This document shows, piece by piece, positions 1-9,809 of a DNA stretch of 32,000 nucleotides (position 1 is its first letter; the number at the start of each line of letters is the position of its first letter). A program made the position numbers and the translations under genes. The stretch covers positions 3,480,001 through 3,512,000 of the forward strand of contig NZ_JAGIOS010000001.1 of assembly GCF_017876815.1 (NCBI RefSeq), read 5' to 3'. The stretch is from Sinorhizobium meliloti. Its GTDB lineage: Bacteria > Pseudomonadota > Alphaproteobacteria > Rhizobiales > Rhizobiaceae. Under the pieces are notes generated by a model. That model had not been told where the DNA came from. It saw only the letters and a list, made by a program, of their open reading frames with translations, and searched no databases.

Positions 1-1
1 G

Positions 2-991
<990 letters not shown>

Positions 992-1012
992 CCATTGCGG
1001 ATTTACGCTTGT

Positions 1013-1047
1013 GAACGCAGCCTGAATGTCCGATTCAGGCTGCGTTC
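1013..1047 (+). terminator. perfect 15-bp stem / 5-nt loop hairpin after carB, with no T tract (terminator-like or REP-like)
   Basis: GAACGCAGCCTGAAT (1013-1027), loop gtccg, ATTCAGGCTGCGTTC (1033-1047). Flanked by the 9-mer CCATTGCGG at 992-1000 and 1047-1055. Confidence 0.35.
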
Positions 1048-1119
1048 CATTGCGGCATGGTTCCATGTCCCAACATGCGGAAACGGATCACCCGTGACGC
1101 GCGTGGTTGGGGCAACGAC

Positions 1120-1422
1120 ATGCAGCTATATTTCTTCGATCTCCATTGGGACGACGATTGTTTCACCGATGACGAGGGTATCCTTCACTTCGATGAGGGA
1201 TCGGCGCTCTATTACGCCCAGCGTATCGCCGACAGGATCGGCCGCGACGCGGATTATGGTTCCCTGAAGGTCAGGATACGCTCGCAGACAGGCGCGCTCC
1301 TCGCAACCGTCACGCCCTCGCTGGGCCGCGTCGCCGAACAGGATGCCCTGCTCGGCCGCCGCCGCCCCGGCCTTTTCCCGCATCCGTTCAAAGCCGGCCT
1401 TGCGCCGTCCGCGGCTCGGTGA
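1120..1422 (+). CDS. small hypothetical protein, DUF6894-like N-terminus
   Basis: The internal ATG at 1120 of ORF 1057..1422 gives MQLYFFDLHWDDDCFTDDEGILHFDEGSALYYAQRIADRI. This fits the M-x-x-Y-F-F-x-L...DDEG...A...A pattern of the small alphaproteobacterial DUF6894 family. The start and the C-terminal extent are uncertain. Confidence 0.5.
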   Translation: MQLYFFDLHWDDDCFTDDEGILHFDEGSALYYAQRIADRIGRDADYGSLKVRIRSQTGALLATVTPSLGRVAEQDALLGRRRPGLFPHPFKAGLAPSAAR

Positions 1423-1425
1423 ACG

Positions 1426-2895
1426 CTACTGGATGGTTGCCCTGCCTTCGCATCGCGCCAGCCGCAGGGTCCTGATCCCGAAGACGAGCGACGCGGCGGC
1501 GAGAACGCAGCCGAGCGCGAAAACACCCAGCATTGCGGCCGAAATCACCCGGGCGCTGACACCTTCGTCGAATCCTCCGGCGTTGGCGACCGCTCCGAAA
1601 ACGGCCGCGCCGATCGCGTAGCCGGCTGATTGCAGCGTCGGCAGCAGCGCCGAGGTCTTGTCGCGTTCCTCAATGGACGAGACGTTCATCAGCAGCTGGC
1701 TCAGCGTTCCCCAGCAAAGGCCGAATCCGGCTCCGACAGCACTCTGGCTGACGAAGACAAGGCCGTATTCGCCGGAGGCGACGGCGAGCGTCAAGCCGCC
1801 GAGGCCGAGGCAAAGGAACAGCGGCCCGGTCCAGACCAGCCGCACGCGCGTCTCGTGGGAGCGCAGGCTCGCGACGATGATCGCCGTCAGGCTCCAGGAT
1901 ATGGCCATCAAGGCGTTTGAAAAGCCCGCGGCGGTCGGGCCGAAGCCCCAAAGATGTTGCAGCGCGTAGACGAGATAGACGGAGCCCGAGGCTTGTGCCA
2001 GAGGCATCAGCAGCACGACCCAAAGCCCTGTTCCGAGCGGGCGATCGAACGAAAACGCGCCGAATGGAAGGATGGACTGCGGCGATCGGCGGTCGAAGTG
2101 AACGGTCGCGACGAAGACCGCAAGTGCCGCCGCCAGCAGCGCCGACATGCTGTAGCCGTCGGCAGCCGTATTGGAGAGCGAGATCAGCATTATGCCGAAG
2201 CCGAACGCCACCAGCCGCAGCAAGGGTACCGATCCGGCCGCCCTTGGACTTTGCTTTGGTTGACGAAGGATCGCGACGACGAGCGCTATGAAGATTGCGG
2301 CTGCCGGTATGTTGACGAAGAAGGCGGCGCGCCAAGACCAATATTCCGTGAGCAGGCCGGATATGAGCGGCCCGCCGAAGGCGGCGGCAGCCCATACGAT
2401 CGCTTCTGCGCCGAAGATCTTGGGCACCAGCCGCTGCGGAAAGAGCTCCGGTATCAGTGCGTAGCACAGGGCGGCAATGATACCCTCCCCAAATCCCTGG
2501 AGCACCCTCCCGGCCAGAACCTGCGGCATGCTGCTCGCCATCGTCGCGATGGCCGTGCCCGTTGCGAAGACGAGCGCGGCGACGATCAGCGTATTGCGCG
2601 CGCCGAACCGGACCTTCAGGCTCGCCGCCAAGGCGCCACCGACGATGGCGAAAACGAGGTAAAGCGTGAAGGCCCAGGACAACAGGGCGGCTCCGCCAAA
2701 CTCCGCGACGGCCGTCGGCAGTGCCGTCGAGACGAAGAACTCGTTGAAGGCAAAAAGCGCGACGCCCAGGCACAGCGTCACGGTTGCGGCGAGGTGGCGC
2801 GGGCGCAGGAGCTCGCTCCAGCTCCCCTCCTCCAGGTCGACCTCCGTCTGCGGCGCCGGATCGGCCACTTGTGATTCCTCTTCGACTAAACTCAT
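1426..2895 (-). CDS. MFS-type transporter (DHA2/EmrB-like drug:H+ antiporter family)
   Basis: 489-aa ORF that is hydrophobic almost throughout. It has the GRVLQGFGEG motif typical of EmrB/QacA-type MFS proteins and a charged N-terminal tail. Third codon positions are GC-rich. Confidence 0.85.
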   Translation of the reverse strand: MSLVEEESQVADPAPQTEVDLEEGSWSELLRPRHLAATVTLCLGVALFAFNEFFVSTALPTAVAEFGGAALLSWAFTLYLVFAIVGGALAASLKVRFGARNTLIVAALVFATGTAIATMASSMPQVLAGRVLQGFGEGIIAALCYALIPELFPQRLVPKIFGAEAIVWAAAAFGGPLISGLLTEYWSWRAAFFVNIPAAAIFIALVVAILRQPKQSPRAAGSVPLLRLVAFGFGIMLISLSNTAADGYSMSALLAAALAVFVATVHFDRRSPQSILPFGAFSFDRPLGTGLWVVLLMPLAQASGSVYLVYALQHLWGFGPTAAGFSNALMAISWSLTAIIVASLRSHETRVRLVWTGPLFLCLGLGGLTLAVASGEYGLVFVSQSAVGAGFGLCWGTLSQLLMNVSSIEERDKTSALLPTLQSAGYAIGAAVFGAVANAGGFDEGVSARVISAAMLGVFALGCVLAAASLVFGIRTLRLARCEGRATIQ

Positions 2896-3187
2896 GATTC
2901 GGCCCCGTGTAATTGGTATGGAGCCGGCACTGATACGACCTCAATCGCGGTTGAGGTAAAGAGGCTTTACTGCAGAATTTCACCTTTACCCCAACCCGCC
3001 GGAGGCCGCGGATCGATATGAAGCGCCGCGCGAGGATCGCGAAAAATCTGGCTTTCGGACTTCCGATTCTGTTATAAGATCGGTTCGGTTTGTTAGGACG
3101 GTTCCGGTGCTTGCGCTCCGGAGGCCGTTTTCTTTTGCGCTGGCGCCGCCGAAAGGCGGCGCCGCGTGCTTGATGAAGGATGATGAA

Positions 3188-3664
3188 ATGGTCGACAAGG
3201 TGCCCATGACACAGGGTGGATTCGTCAATCTGCAGGAGGAGCTGCGCTGGCGCCAGCAGGAAGAACGGCCGCGCATCATCGAAGCGATCGCCGAGGCCCG
3301 CGCCCATGGCGACTTGTCGGAGAACGCCGAATATCATGCGGCAAAGGAAGCGCAGAGCCATAACGAGGGAAGAATTTCCGAACTCGAAGACCTGATCGCG
3401 CGCGCCGAAGTCATCGATCTTTCGAAAATGTCCGGATCGAAGATCAAGTTCGGCGCAAGGGTGAAGCTCGTCGACGAGGATACGGAAGAAGAAAAGACCT
3501 ATCAGATCGTCGGCGATCAGGAGGCCGACGTCAAACAGGGACGCATTTCCATCTCCTCTCCGATCGCCCGCGCGCTGATCGGCAAGGAAGTCGGCGATTC
3601 GATCGAAGTCAATGCACCCGGCGGATCCAAGGCGTATGAGATTCTCGCCGTTCAATGGGGCTGA
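3188..3664 (+). CDS. greA: transcription elongation factor GreA
   Basis: ATG at 3188 gives a 158-aa product: [57 protein letters not shown]...[18 protein letters not shown]. This is canonical GreA. The upstream part of ORF 3107..3664 is not GreA-like. Confidence 0.95.
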   Translation: MVDKVPMTQGGFVNLQEELRWRQQEERPRIIEAIAEARAHGDLSENAEYHAAKEAQSHNEGRISELEDLIARAEVIDLSKMSGSKIKFGARVKLVDEDTEEEKTYQIVGDQEADVKQGRISISSPIARALIGKEVGDSIEVNAPGGSKAYEILAVQWG

Positions 3665-3747
3665 CCTGCCTTTCGGGGCGCGCGCGCGGTCCCGCGCCGC
3701 CCCTCCTCCCTTGAATTGATTGTCGCAGGCGCAAGGAGAGCGCACAG

Positions 3748-4803
3748 GTGGTCGATATCCGCGACGTCGAAGTGATCGCGCCCAATTTCAAGCAGCGTCT
3801 GTCCGGCGTTACCTCGACAATCATCCAGCTGGTGCCTGTGCAGCGTGCCCTTGGACAGAAGATCGCGGTTCTCGGACCAGGCCTTCCCAAGAGCCTTCCG
3901 TCGGTTCGCTTTCGCGATCTCATTCATCTCTGGAAGAGGCCCGAAGGCCGGCCCTGCCGCGTTTGGCACGCGCGTCGAAACGTCGAAATGCTCCCGGCCA
4001 TCCTTCTGCGCGACCTGCTGCGCATGAAGCTCCGGATCGTCTTTACCTCCGCTTCGCAGCGCCGGCATACCGGATGGAGCAAGTTCCTCATCCGCCGGAT
4101 GGACGCGGTGATCGCCACCAGCGGCAGGACGGCCGCCTATCTCGATGTACCGAACACCGTCATCCTGCATGGGATCGACACCAAGCGCTTTCAGCCACCC
4201 TTCGACAAGACGGAGGCGAAGAAGGCGCTCGGCCTCGATCCCGCGAAGAAATTCGTCGGATGCTTCGGGCGCGTACGCCATCAGAAAGGGACCGACCTCT
4301 TCGTCGACAGCATGATCGCCCTCCTGCCCTGCCGTCCGGACTGGGGTGCGATCGTTGCGGGGCGGGCCACCGGCCCTCACCTCGCCTTCGAGTCGGAACT
4401 GAAGGAGCGCGTCGCCAAGGCCGGCCTCGCCGACCGTATCCTGTTCGTAGGCGAACACACGAATATTCCCGACTGGTACCGCGCTCTCGATCTCTTTGTC
4501 GCCCCGCAACGCTGGGAAGGCTTCGGCCTGACGCCGCTCGAAGCAATGGCGACCGGGGTCCCCGTCGTGGCAACCGATGTCGGCGCGTTTTCGGAACTGG
4601 TAACCGGCGGCTCCGAGGAGACGGGCCTCATCATTGCGGCCGACGATCTCAAGGCGATGGTCGATGCGGCAGCCGCCTTCATGGACGACCGGCCGCGGCT
4701 TGCCGCCGCAAGCGCCAATGGTCTGGCACGGACCTCCAAAAACTTCGCCATCGAGCAGGAAGCCCGCGCGATCGCAGCGGTTTACGAAAGCCTGATGCGT
4801 TGA
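3748..4803 (+). CDS. lpsB: LPS-core glycosyltransferase (GT4 / glycosyltransferase group 1; LpcC/LpsB-like mannosyltransferase)
   Basis: GTG start at 3748 lies 8-9 nt after AAGGAGAG. The 351-aa product has a GT4 C-terminal signature (FVAPQRWEGFGLTPLEAMATGVPVVATDVGAF). Its position directly after greA matches the described S. meliloti greA-lpsB arrangement (from memory). Confidence 0.8.
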   Translation: MVDIRDVEVIAPNFKQRLSGVTSTIIQLVPVQRALGQKIAVLGPGLPKSLPSVRFRDLIHLWKRPEGRPCRVWHARRNVEMLPAILLRDLLRMKLRIVFTSASQRRHTGWSKFLIRRMDAVIATSGRTAAYLDVPNTVILHGIDTKRFQPPFDKTEAKKALGLDPAKKFVGCFGRVRHQKGTDLFVDSMIALLPCRPDWGAIVAGRATGPHLAFESELKERVAKAGLADRILFVGEHTNIPDWYRALDLFVAPQRWEGFGLTPLEAMATGVPVVATDVGAFSELVTGGSEETGLIIAADDLKAMVDAAAAFMDDRPRLAAASANGLARTSKNFAIEQEARAIAAVYESLMR

Positions 4804-4809
4804 TCTTGG

Positions 4810-5832
4810 CTACGGCTTCGAGGCCAACAGCTGCAGATAGGCGTCAGTGATCGCTTCTCTGGAAAACTGCCCGACAAGCGTCTCGTGTCCGCGCTCGGCC
4901 AGGCGCGTTCTTAGGGAATTGTCGGCCACGATCTGCTCGATGGCGCGGGCGAAACCCTCGGCATCGCCGATATCGACCATCAGACCGTTTTCGCCGTCGC
5001 GCATGAACCATTGCGGCCCTTCGGAACGGGTCGATACGACCGGCGTACCCTGGGCCCAGGACTCGAGGATGACGTTGCCGAGCGGCTCGTGGCTGGACGA
5101 CATCACAAAGACATCGACCGCAGCCAGGAAAGGTCTCGTGTCGTCCTGCCAGCCGGCAAAGCGAACGCGGCCGGAAACGCCGAGGTCCGTCGCGAGTTTG
5201 TGCAGATTGTCACGCTCCTCTCCATCGCCAAGCAGCCAAAGATAGACCCCCGGCAGTCTGGCGACCGCTTCGATCAGCGTATGAAACCCTTTCCGCTCGA
5301 CGAAGCGGCCCATGGACATCACGACGGGCGCATCGGCGGGCGTATCGAGCTTTGCGCGGTCAACCGCCACGACACGCCCGGTCCCGGTGAAATTGGAGAT
5401 GACCCTTATCTCCCGTTTCCAGCCCAGGTCGCTGACGCGCTCGGCAATGCCCGGCGTGTTGCACACGATGCAGTCGGTGTTTCTGAAATAGCTCAGGCGG
5501 GTCGGATAATCGCCGAGGCGCGAGATCTTGAATGCGCCTTTGTAGTTCGGCATCAGTTCGCTTGCCCGGGGCGCCCAAGCCATCAGGACATCCGGCTTCT
5601 CGCGCCGGGCCATGTGCTTCACCTTCAACGGGAGCAGGATTCGATCGAGCGAGAGGTTGCGAAAATGGCTTTCCCGGATCTTCGCGGCGCCTTCGATGTC
5701 TCGCCGCCAGCCGCGCCCGGGGCGGATGATCGCCGTCTGCTCGACGCCGCGTTCCGCAAGCGCATTGACCAGGTGTACGAAGAAGCGCTCGGCGCCGCCG
5801 TCCTTGCCGAAATGAAAGTGAGTGACTTTCAT
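4810..5832 (-). CDS. lpsE: glycosyltransferase family 4 (LPS biosynthesis)
   Basis: 340 aa with GT4 motif SSHEPLGNVILESWAQGTPVVSTRSEGP. It is a paralog of the next gene. Its ATG overlaps the upstream stop (ATGA at 5829-5832). The symbol is assigned only from the remembered gene order greA-lpsB-lpsE-lpsD-lpsC-lrp. Confidence 0.7.
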   Translation of the reverse strand: MKVTHFHFGKDGGAERFFVHLVNALAERGVEQTAIIRPGRGWRRDIEGAAKIRESHFRNLSLDRILLPLKVKHMARREKPDVLMAWAPRASELMPNYKGAFKISRLGDYPTRLSYFRNTDCIVCNTPGIAERVSDLGWKREIRVISNFTGTGRVVAVDRAKLDTPADAPVVMSMGRFVERKGFHTLIEAVARLPGVYLWLLGDGEERDNLHKLATDLGVSGRVRFAGWQDDTRPFLAAVDVFVMSSSHEPLGNVILESWAQGTPVVSTRSEGPQWFMRDGENGLMVDIGDAEGFARAIEQIVADNSLRTRLAERGHETLVGQFSREAITDAYLQLLASKP

Positions 5833-6860
5833 CGCTTTGCGACACCTCTGTCGAACAGGTCGAGATAAGCGTCGGTGATCGCTTTTTCGGAGAATCGCGT
5901 GCGCAAGGTTTCGCTGCCGCCGGCGCTCAGCCTCTCGCGAAGCGCCGGATCGTCGCGCAGCCGGCGAATGGCCGCCGCAAGACCCACGTCATCGCCGCAA
6001 TCGACCATGAGAGCGTCGCTCTCATGCGTCATCACCCAGGATGGCCCCTCAGCGCGCGAGGCTATCGTGGGCTTTCCGGCGCCCCAGCCTTCGAAGCAGA
6101 CATTGCCGAGAGGCTCGTGCGACGAGTTGATGACGAAGGCGTCGCCGGCGGACAGAAAACCATAGGCGTTGGTTTGCCATCCGGTGAAGCGGACGCGATC
6201 GCGAAGCCCGAGTTCGTCGGTCAGCTGCTCGAGCTGTTCTCGTTCCGGACCGTCCCCGACAAGCCAAAGATAGGTGTTCTCCACCTCCTTCACGGCGCGG
6301 ATGAGCCCTGCGAAACCCTTACGCTTGACGAAGCGGCCCATGCCGACCACGACGAAGGCGTCCGCCGGTGTCTGCAGGTCGGCCCGCGCTACGGGCGGTG
6401 CAGGCCTTGCGCGGGTGAAGTTCGCAATCACCTCGATGTCGCGCTTCCAGCCAAGTTCACGAACCTTGGCGGCCATATCCGGTGTGATGCAGACGAGCGT
6501 CTGGACATTGGTATAGTAGCCGAGATGTTCGGGATAATCCCCCAGCCGGGAGATGCGAAATGCCTTGGCATGAGCCGGCATGAAGCGGCTCGCCCGCAAC
6601 TGCCAGGCCATTATGACGTCCGGCTCGAACTCGCGAAGGACCCGGTTCATTCGCCATTTCAGGAGGAAGCGAGAAAGCGAAATGCGCCGAAAAACCCCTT
6701 CATAGATCGTAGCACCGTTCTCCAGGTCCTTGCGCCAGCTGCGGCCCGGTCGGATCAGTGCCCGCTGTTCGACGCCCCTCTCGTGCAGCGCATTGACGAG
6801 ATTGACGAAGAACCGCTCCGCACCGCCCTCCGTGCCGAAGTGAATATGCATGACCTTCAT
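5829..6860 (-). CDS. lpsD: glycosyltransferase family 4 (LPS biosynthesis)
   Basis: 343 aa. The N-terminus MKVMHIHFGTEGGAERFFVNLVNALHERGVEQ is nearly the same as the neighbour's MKVTHFHFGKDGGAERFFVHLVNALAERGVEQ. GT4 motif SSHEPLGNVCFEGWGAGKPTIASRAEGP. AAGGGG lies upstream of the ATG. Confidence 0.7.
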   Translation of the reverse strand: MKVMHIHFGTEGGAERFFVNLVNALHERGVEQRALIRPGRSWRKDLENGATIYEGVFRRISLSRFLLKWRMNRVLREFEPDVIMAWQLRASRFMPAHAKAFRISRLGDYPEHLGYYTNVQTLVCITPDMAAKVRELGWKRDIEVIANFTRARPAPPVARADLQTPADAFVVVGMGRFVKRKGFAGLIRAVKEVENTYLWLVGDGPEREQLEQLTDELGLRDRVRFTGWQTNAYGFLSAGDAFVINSSHEPLGNVCFEGWGAGKPTIASRAEGPSWVMTHESDALMVDCGDDVGLAAAIRRLRDDPALRERLSAGGSETLRTRFSEKAITDAYLDLFDRGVAKR

Positions 6861-6878
6861 GCCGAACCCCTTGATCGA

Positions 6879-7691
6879 TCAGTGCGAAAGCGCATCATCC
6901 ACATTCGGGCGCGCCTTCAGAGCGTGCCGCTGGTAGATCTTCGCCGCCGTCAGGAAGGCATAGACCGCCCCGGTCATGGCCTCGATGAAGCCCGACAGGC
7001 CGCAGCGCCAGAGACCGTTGCGGAAATAGAGCCTGAGAAAATAGATCGGCGGGGTGAAGATGAGCTTGTAAAAGCGCGGCCGTTTTCCGGACTCGACCTG
7101 CTGGTCCGCTTTCAGCGTTGAATATTTGTTTTCCTTCAGAATCTGCTCGTCCATGACCAGCGGGCGGAAATGAAGGAGACTGCCGGTCCGGGCATTGCCG
7201 ACATTTCCCTCGGGCACGATGCCTTCATGGACTTTCTGACTGAGGTCGTAACGTCCCTTGCCGCGCCGGATCAGCCGCAAGTTCCGGCGCTCGCGGACGT
7301 TTTCTGGGGTATAGCCATAGCCGATCAGATAGGGGCGACGCGCCACCCGCCAGCCGACGATCTCGTCTGATGCTGCGAGCAGTTCAGGCAGCAGTTCTCG
7401 CAGCGCCTTATCCAATCTCTCGTCCGCGTCGATGTTGAAGCACCAGGGCTGGCTGCATTGCTCGAGCGCAAACTGCTTCTGCCCGGCATAGCCGCGCCAC
7501 GGCTCGTACATGAAACGGATGGGCCAGCCCGCGTCGATATAGGATTGCACCAAAGCGGCGGTGCCGTCCGTCGACCCGGAATCGACGATCACGATTTCCG
7601 CGCAGCGCTCGAGACTCTCGATGCACTTGCCGAGATAGGCCTCCTCATTCAAGCAGATGATGAAGGCTGAAAGGGGAAGCTTGGGGATCAT
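6879..7691 (-). CDS. lpsC: glycosyltransferase family 2 (LPS biosynthesis)
   Basis: GT2 N-terminal signature LSAFIICLNEEAYLGKCIESLERCAEIVIVDSGSTDGT follows the ATG at 7691. The track ORF extends to a GTG at 7811, but that extension is Pro/Gly/Asn-rich and not GT2-like. The start is uncertain. Confidence 0.7.
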   Translation of the reverse strand: MIPKLPLSAFIICLNEEAYLGKCIESLERCAEIVIVDSGSTDGTAALVQSYIDAGWPIRFMYEPWRGYAGQKQFALEQCSQPWCFNIDADERLDKALRELLPELLAASDEIVGWRVARRPYLIGYGYTPENVRERRNLRLIRRGKGRYDLSQKVHEGIVPEGNVGNARTGSLLHFRPLVMDEQILKENKYSTLKADQQVESGKRPRFYKLIFTPPIYFLRLYFRNGLWRCGLSGFIEAMTGAVYAFLTAAKIYQRHALKARPNVDDALSH

Positions 7692-7812
7692 ATGGCCGTC
7701 CCGCGTCGCCGGAAGCGGCAGGGCTCCCTCGCTCTCGTCCTGGAAATTGTTCAATTCATTCGGTCCGCGAGGCGTTTGGTTGCGATGCGCGGCGGCCGGG
7801 CCGCCCTGCACA

Positions 7813-8283
7813 TCAGATTTCTACCTGACATGCGTCCTTCACTTGACGGATCGTCAGCATCGTCCGCACCGTGTCGACATTCTCGGTGGCGGTCAGTTCT
7901 TCAATAACAAAATCCTGAAAGCTCGCAAGGTTTTCGGCCACGCACTGCAGCAGAAAGTCCGATTCCCCGGACACCATCCAGGCCTCGCGAACAAGCGGCC
8001 ACGAGGCGGTGCGGGCGGCAAACGCCTTGAGATTGGCGTCGGACTGGTGCTTGAGGCCGACCATGCAGAAGGCGACGAGGTCGTATCCCAACGCGGACGC
8101 ATTCAGAAGCGCACGATAGCCTCTGATGACGCCGGCCTCCTCGAGCTTGCGCACGCGGCGCAGGCACGGAGGAGCCGAGATCCCCACTCTCTCGGCCAAT
8201 TCCACATTCGTGATCCGGCCGTCGTCCTGCAGTTCGCGCAGTATCTTCATATCGATGGCATCGAGCTCGACGCGTACGACCAT
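7813..8283 (-). CDS. lrp: Lrp/AsnC-family transcriptional regulator
   Basis: LDAIDMKILRELQDDGRITNVELAERVGISAPPCLRRVRKLEEAGVIRGY is a textbook AsnC-type HTH, followed by a RAM domain. ATG at 8283 is preferred over the TTG at 8298. Confidence 0.9.
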   Translation of the reverse strand: MVVRVELDAIDMKILRELQDDGRITNVELAERVGISAPPCLRRVRKLEEAGVIRGYRALLNASALGYDLVAFCMVGLKHQSDANLKAFAARTASWPLVREAWMVSGESDFLLQCVAENLASFQDFVIEELTATENVDTVRTMLTIRQVKDACQVEI

Positions 8284-8716
8284 TGCCCAAATCCCCAATC
8301 CTGTCGGCCTTGCGGGGAAGGCCTTATTTTATCCGCCGATCAACTGCACGACAGGCCGAAACCGCAGCGCCGATCCGTCCGCACCAAGAGCCGCCCGGCG
8401 GCGGCCTTCACGGCGCTTTCTCCGTGCTTGGGTAGCACGTAACCGAATGCCGATACGAGAGCGCTTGCAGTTGCATGCACAAAAACCTTGTACGCACGGG
8501 CCCTGGAGCGTCTTATGACGGTACTGCGGGTCAAAACCGATGCAAATATGCCCGATCTGGTGTCAAAACGACGCTGACCACGCAACCACTTGTGTGTATC
8601 AGAGCGCGCGCCCTTGAAAGTGCGCGCCGTGAATACCTAAAGTAAGGCAATATTTGCATTATCGGATTGCACCGGAGGACGCTCCCGGCTCTCTCCGGCG
8701 GACGAAGGACAAAAGC

Positions 8717-9691
8717 ATGACTGCGCGCCACACGAAAGTGCTGATTATCGGTTCCGGACCTGCCGGTTATACCGCTGCCATCTATACCGCGCGGGCCATG
8801 CTTTCGCCGGTCCTCATCGCCGGCATGGAACAGGGCGGCCAGCTGATGATCACCACGGATGTGGAGAATTATCCGGGCTATGCCGATCCGGTCCAGGGAC
8901 CCTGGATGATGGAGCAGATGCTGAATCAGGCGATCCACGTCGGCACGGAAATCGTCAACGACCTCGTAACCGATGTCGACCTGTCCGTCCGCCCCTTCCG
9001 GATCAAGACGGATAGCGGCACGGATTGGACGGCGGACGCTTTGATCATCGCCACCGGCGCCAAAGCGAAATGGCTCGGCATCGAAACCGAGCCGACCTTC
9101 ATGGGATTTGGCGTTTCCGCCTGTGCTACCTGCGACGGGTTCTTTTACCGCAACAAGGAAGTCATCGTCGTCGGCGGCGGCAACTCCGCCGTGGAGGAAG
9201 CGCTTTATCTCTCCAATCTGGCGAAGACCGTCACCGTCGTTCACCGCCGGGATGCTTTTCGTGCTGAAAAGATCCTGCAAGAGCGCCTTTTCGCAAAGCC
9301 GAACGTCAAGGTGATCTGGGACCACGAGGTTCTGGAATATCTCGGGACGCCTGCAAAGCCGCCGATGCCGGCCTCGGTCAACGGCGTGAAGCTTCGCAAC
9401 ACCAAGACCGGGGAAACATCCGACATGGCAATCGACGGTGTTTTCGTCGCGATCGGTCATGCGCCTGCGGTCGAACTCTTCAAGGGCAAACTTCGCCAGA
9501 AGCCGAACGGGTATCTCTGGACTGCGCCGGATTCCACCGCGACCGACGTCGCGGGCGTCTTCGCCGCCGGCGACGTGACCGACGACATCTATCGCCAGGC
9601 GGTTACCGCCGCCGGCATGGGTTGCATGGCTGCGCTCGAAGCGGAGAAATACCTTGCGGGTCATATGCCCGTCGCAATTGCAGCCGAATAG
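8717..9691 (+). CDS. trxB: thioredoxin-disulfide reductase
   Basis: ATG at 8717 gives MTARHTKVLIIGSGPAGYTAAIY (FAD GxGxxG). The product also has the redox-active CATCDG motif, GGGNSAVEEA (NADPH site) and GVFAAGDV. Confidence 0.95.
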   Translation: MTARHTKVLIIGSGPAGYTAAIYTARAMLSPVLIAGMEQGGQLMITTDVENYPGYADPVQGPWMMEQMLNQAIHVGTEIVNDLVTDVDLSVRPFRIKTDSGTDWTADALIIATGAKAKWLGIETEPTFMGFGVSACATCDGFFYRNKEVIVVGGGNSAVEEALYLSNLAKTVTVVHRRDAFRAEKILQERLFAKPNVKVIWDHEVLEYLGTPAKPPMPASVNGVKLRNTKTGETSDMAIDGVFVAIGHAPAVELFKGKLRQKPNGYLWTAPDSTATDVAGVFAAGDVTDDIYRQAVTAAGMGCMAALEAEKYLAGHMPVAIAAE

Positions 9692-9809
9692 AAGCTGCTG
9701 AACAGGGCGCGCGCCGGGATCGGGGGCGCGGCTCTGAGTGGGAACATGCATCGGTCGTCTCCGGAGAAAAGTGGCAAGCTTCTCCGGCTGAGCCTTTATG
9801 GGGGATTCT

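Noticed and set aside
1670-3745. 691-aa minus-strand ORF spanning the MFS gene, greA and their intergenic region
   Set aside because: It is out of frame with or antisense to two well-supported genes. It crosses a clearly non-coding promoter region, and its composition is dominated by Arg/Gly/Ala/Pro. GC-driven shadow ORF.
3720-4850. 376-aa plus-strand ORF overlapping lpsB in another frame
   Set aside because: The lpsB frame (3748..4803) carries the GT4 signature and a good Shine-Dalgarno sequence. This alternative frame is an Arg/Pro/Gly-rich artefact.
7692-7811. N-terminal 40-codon extension of lpsC to a GTG abutting the lrp stop
   Set aside because: The extension (MQGGPAAAHRNQTPRGPNELNNFQDESEGALPLPATRDGH) is unlike any GT2 N-terminus, and the GT2 fold begins right after the ATG at 7691. 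The shorter model is kept, but the long form cannot be excluded without proteomic or ribosome-profiling data.
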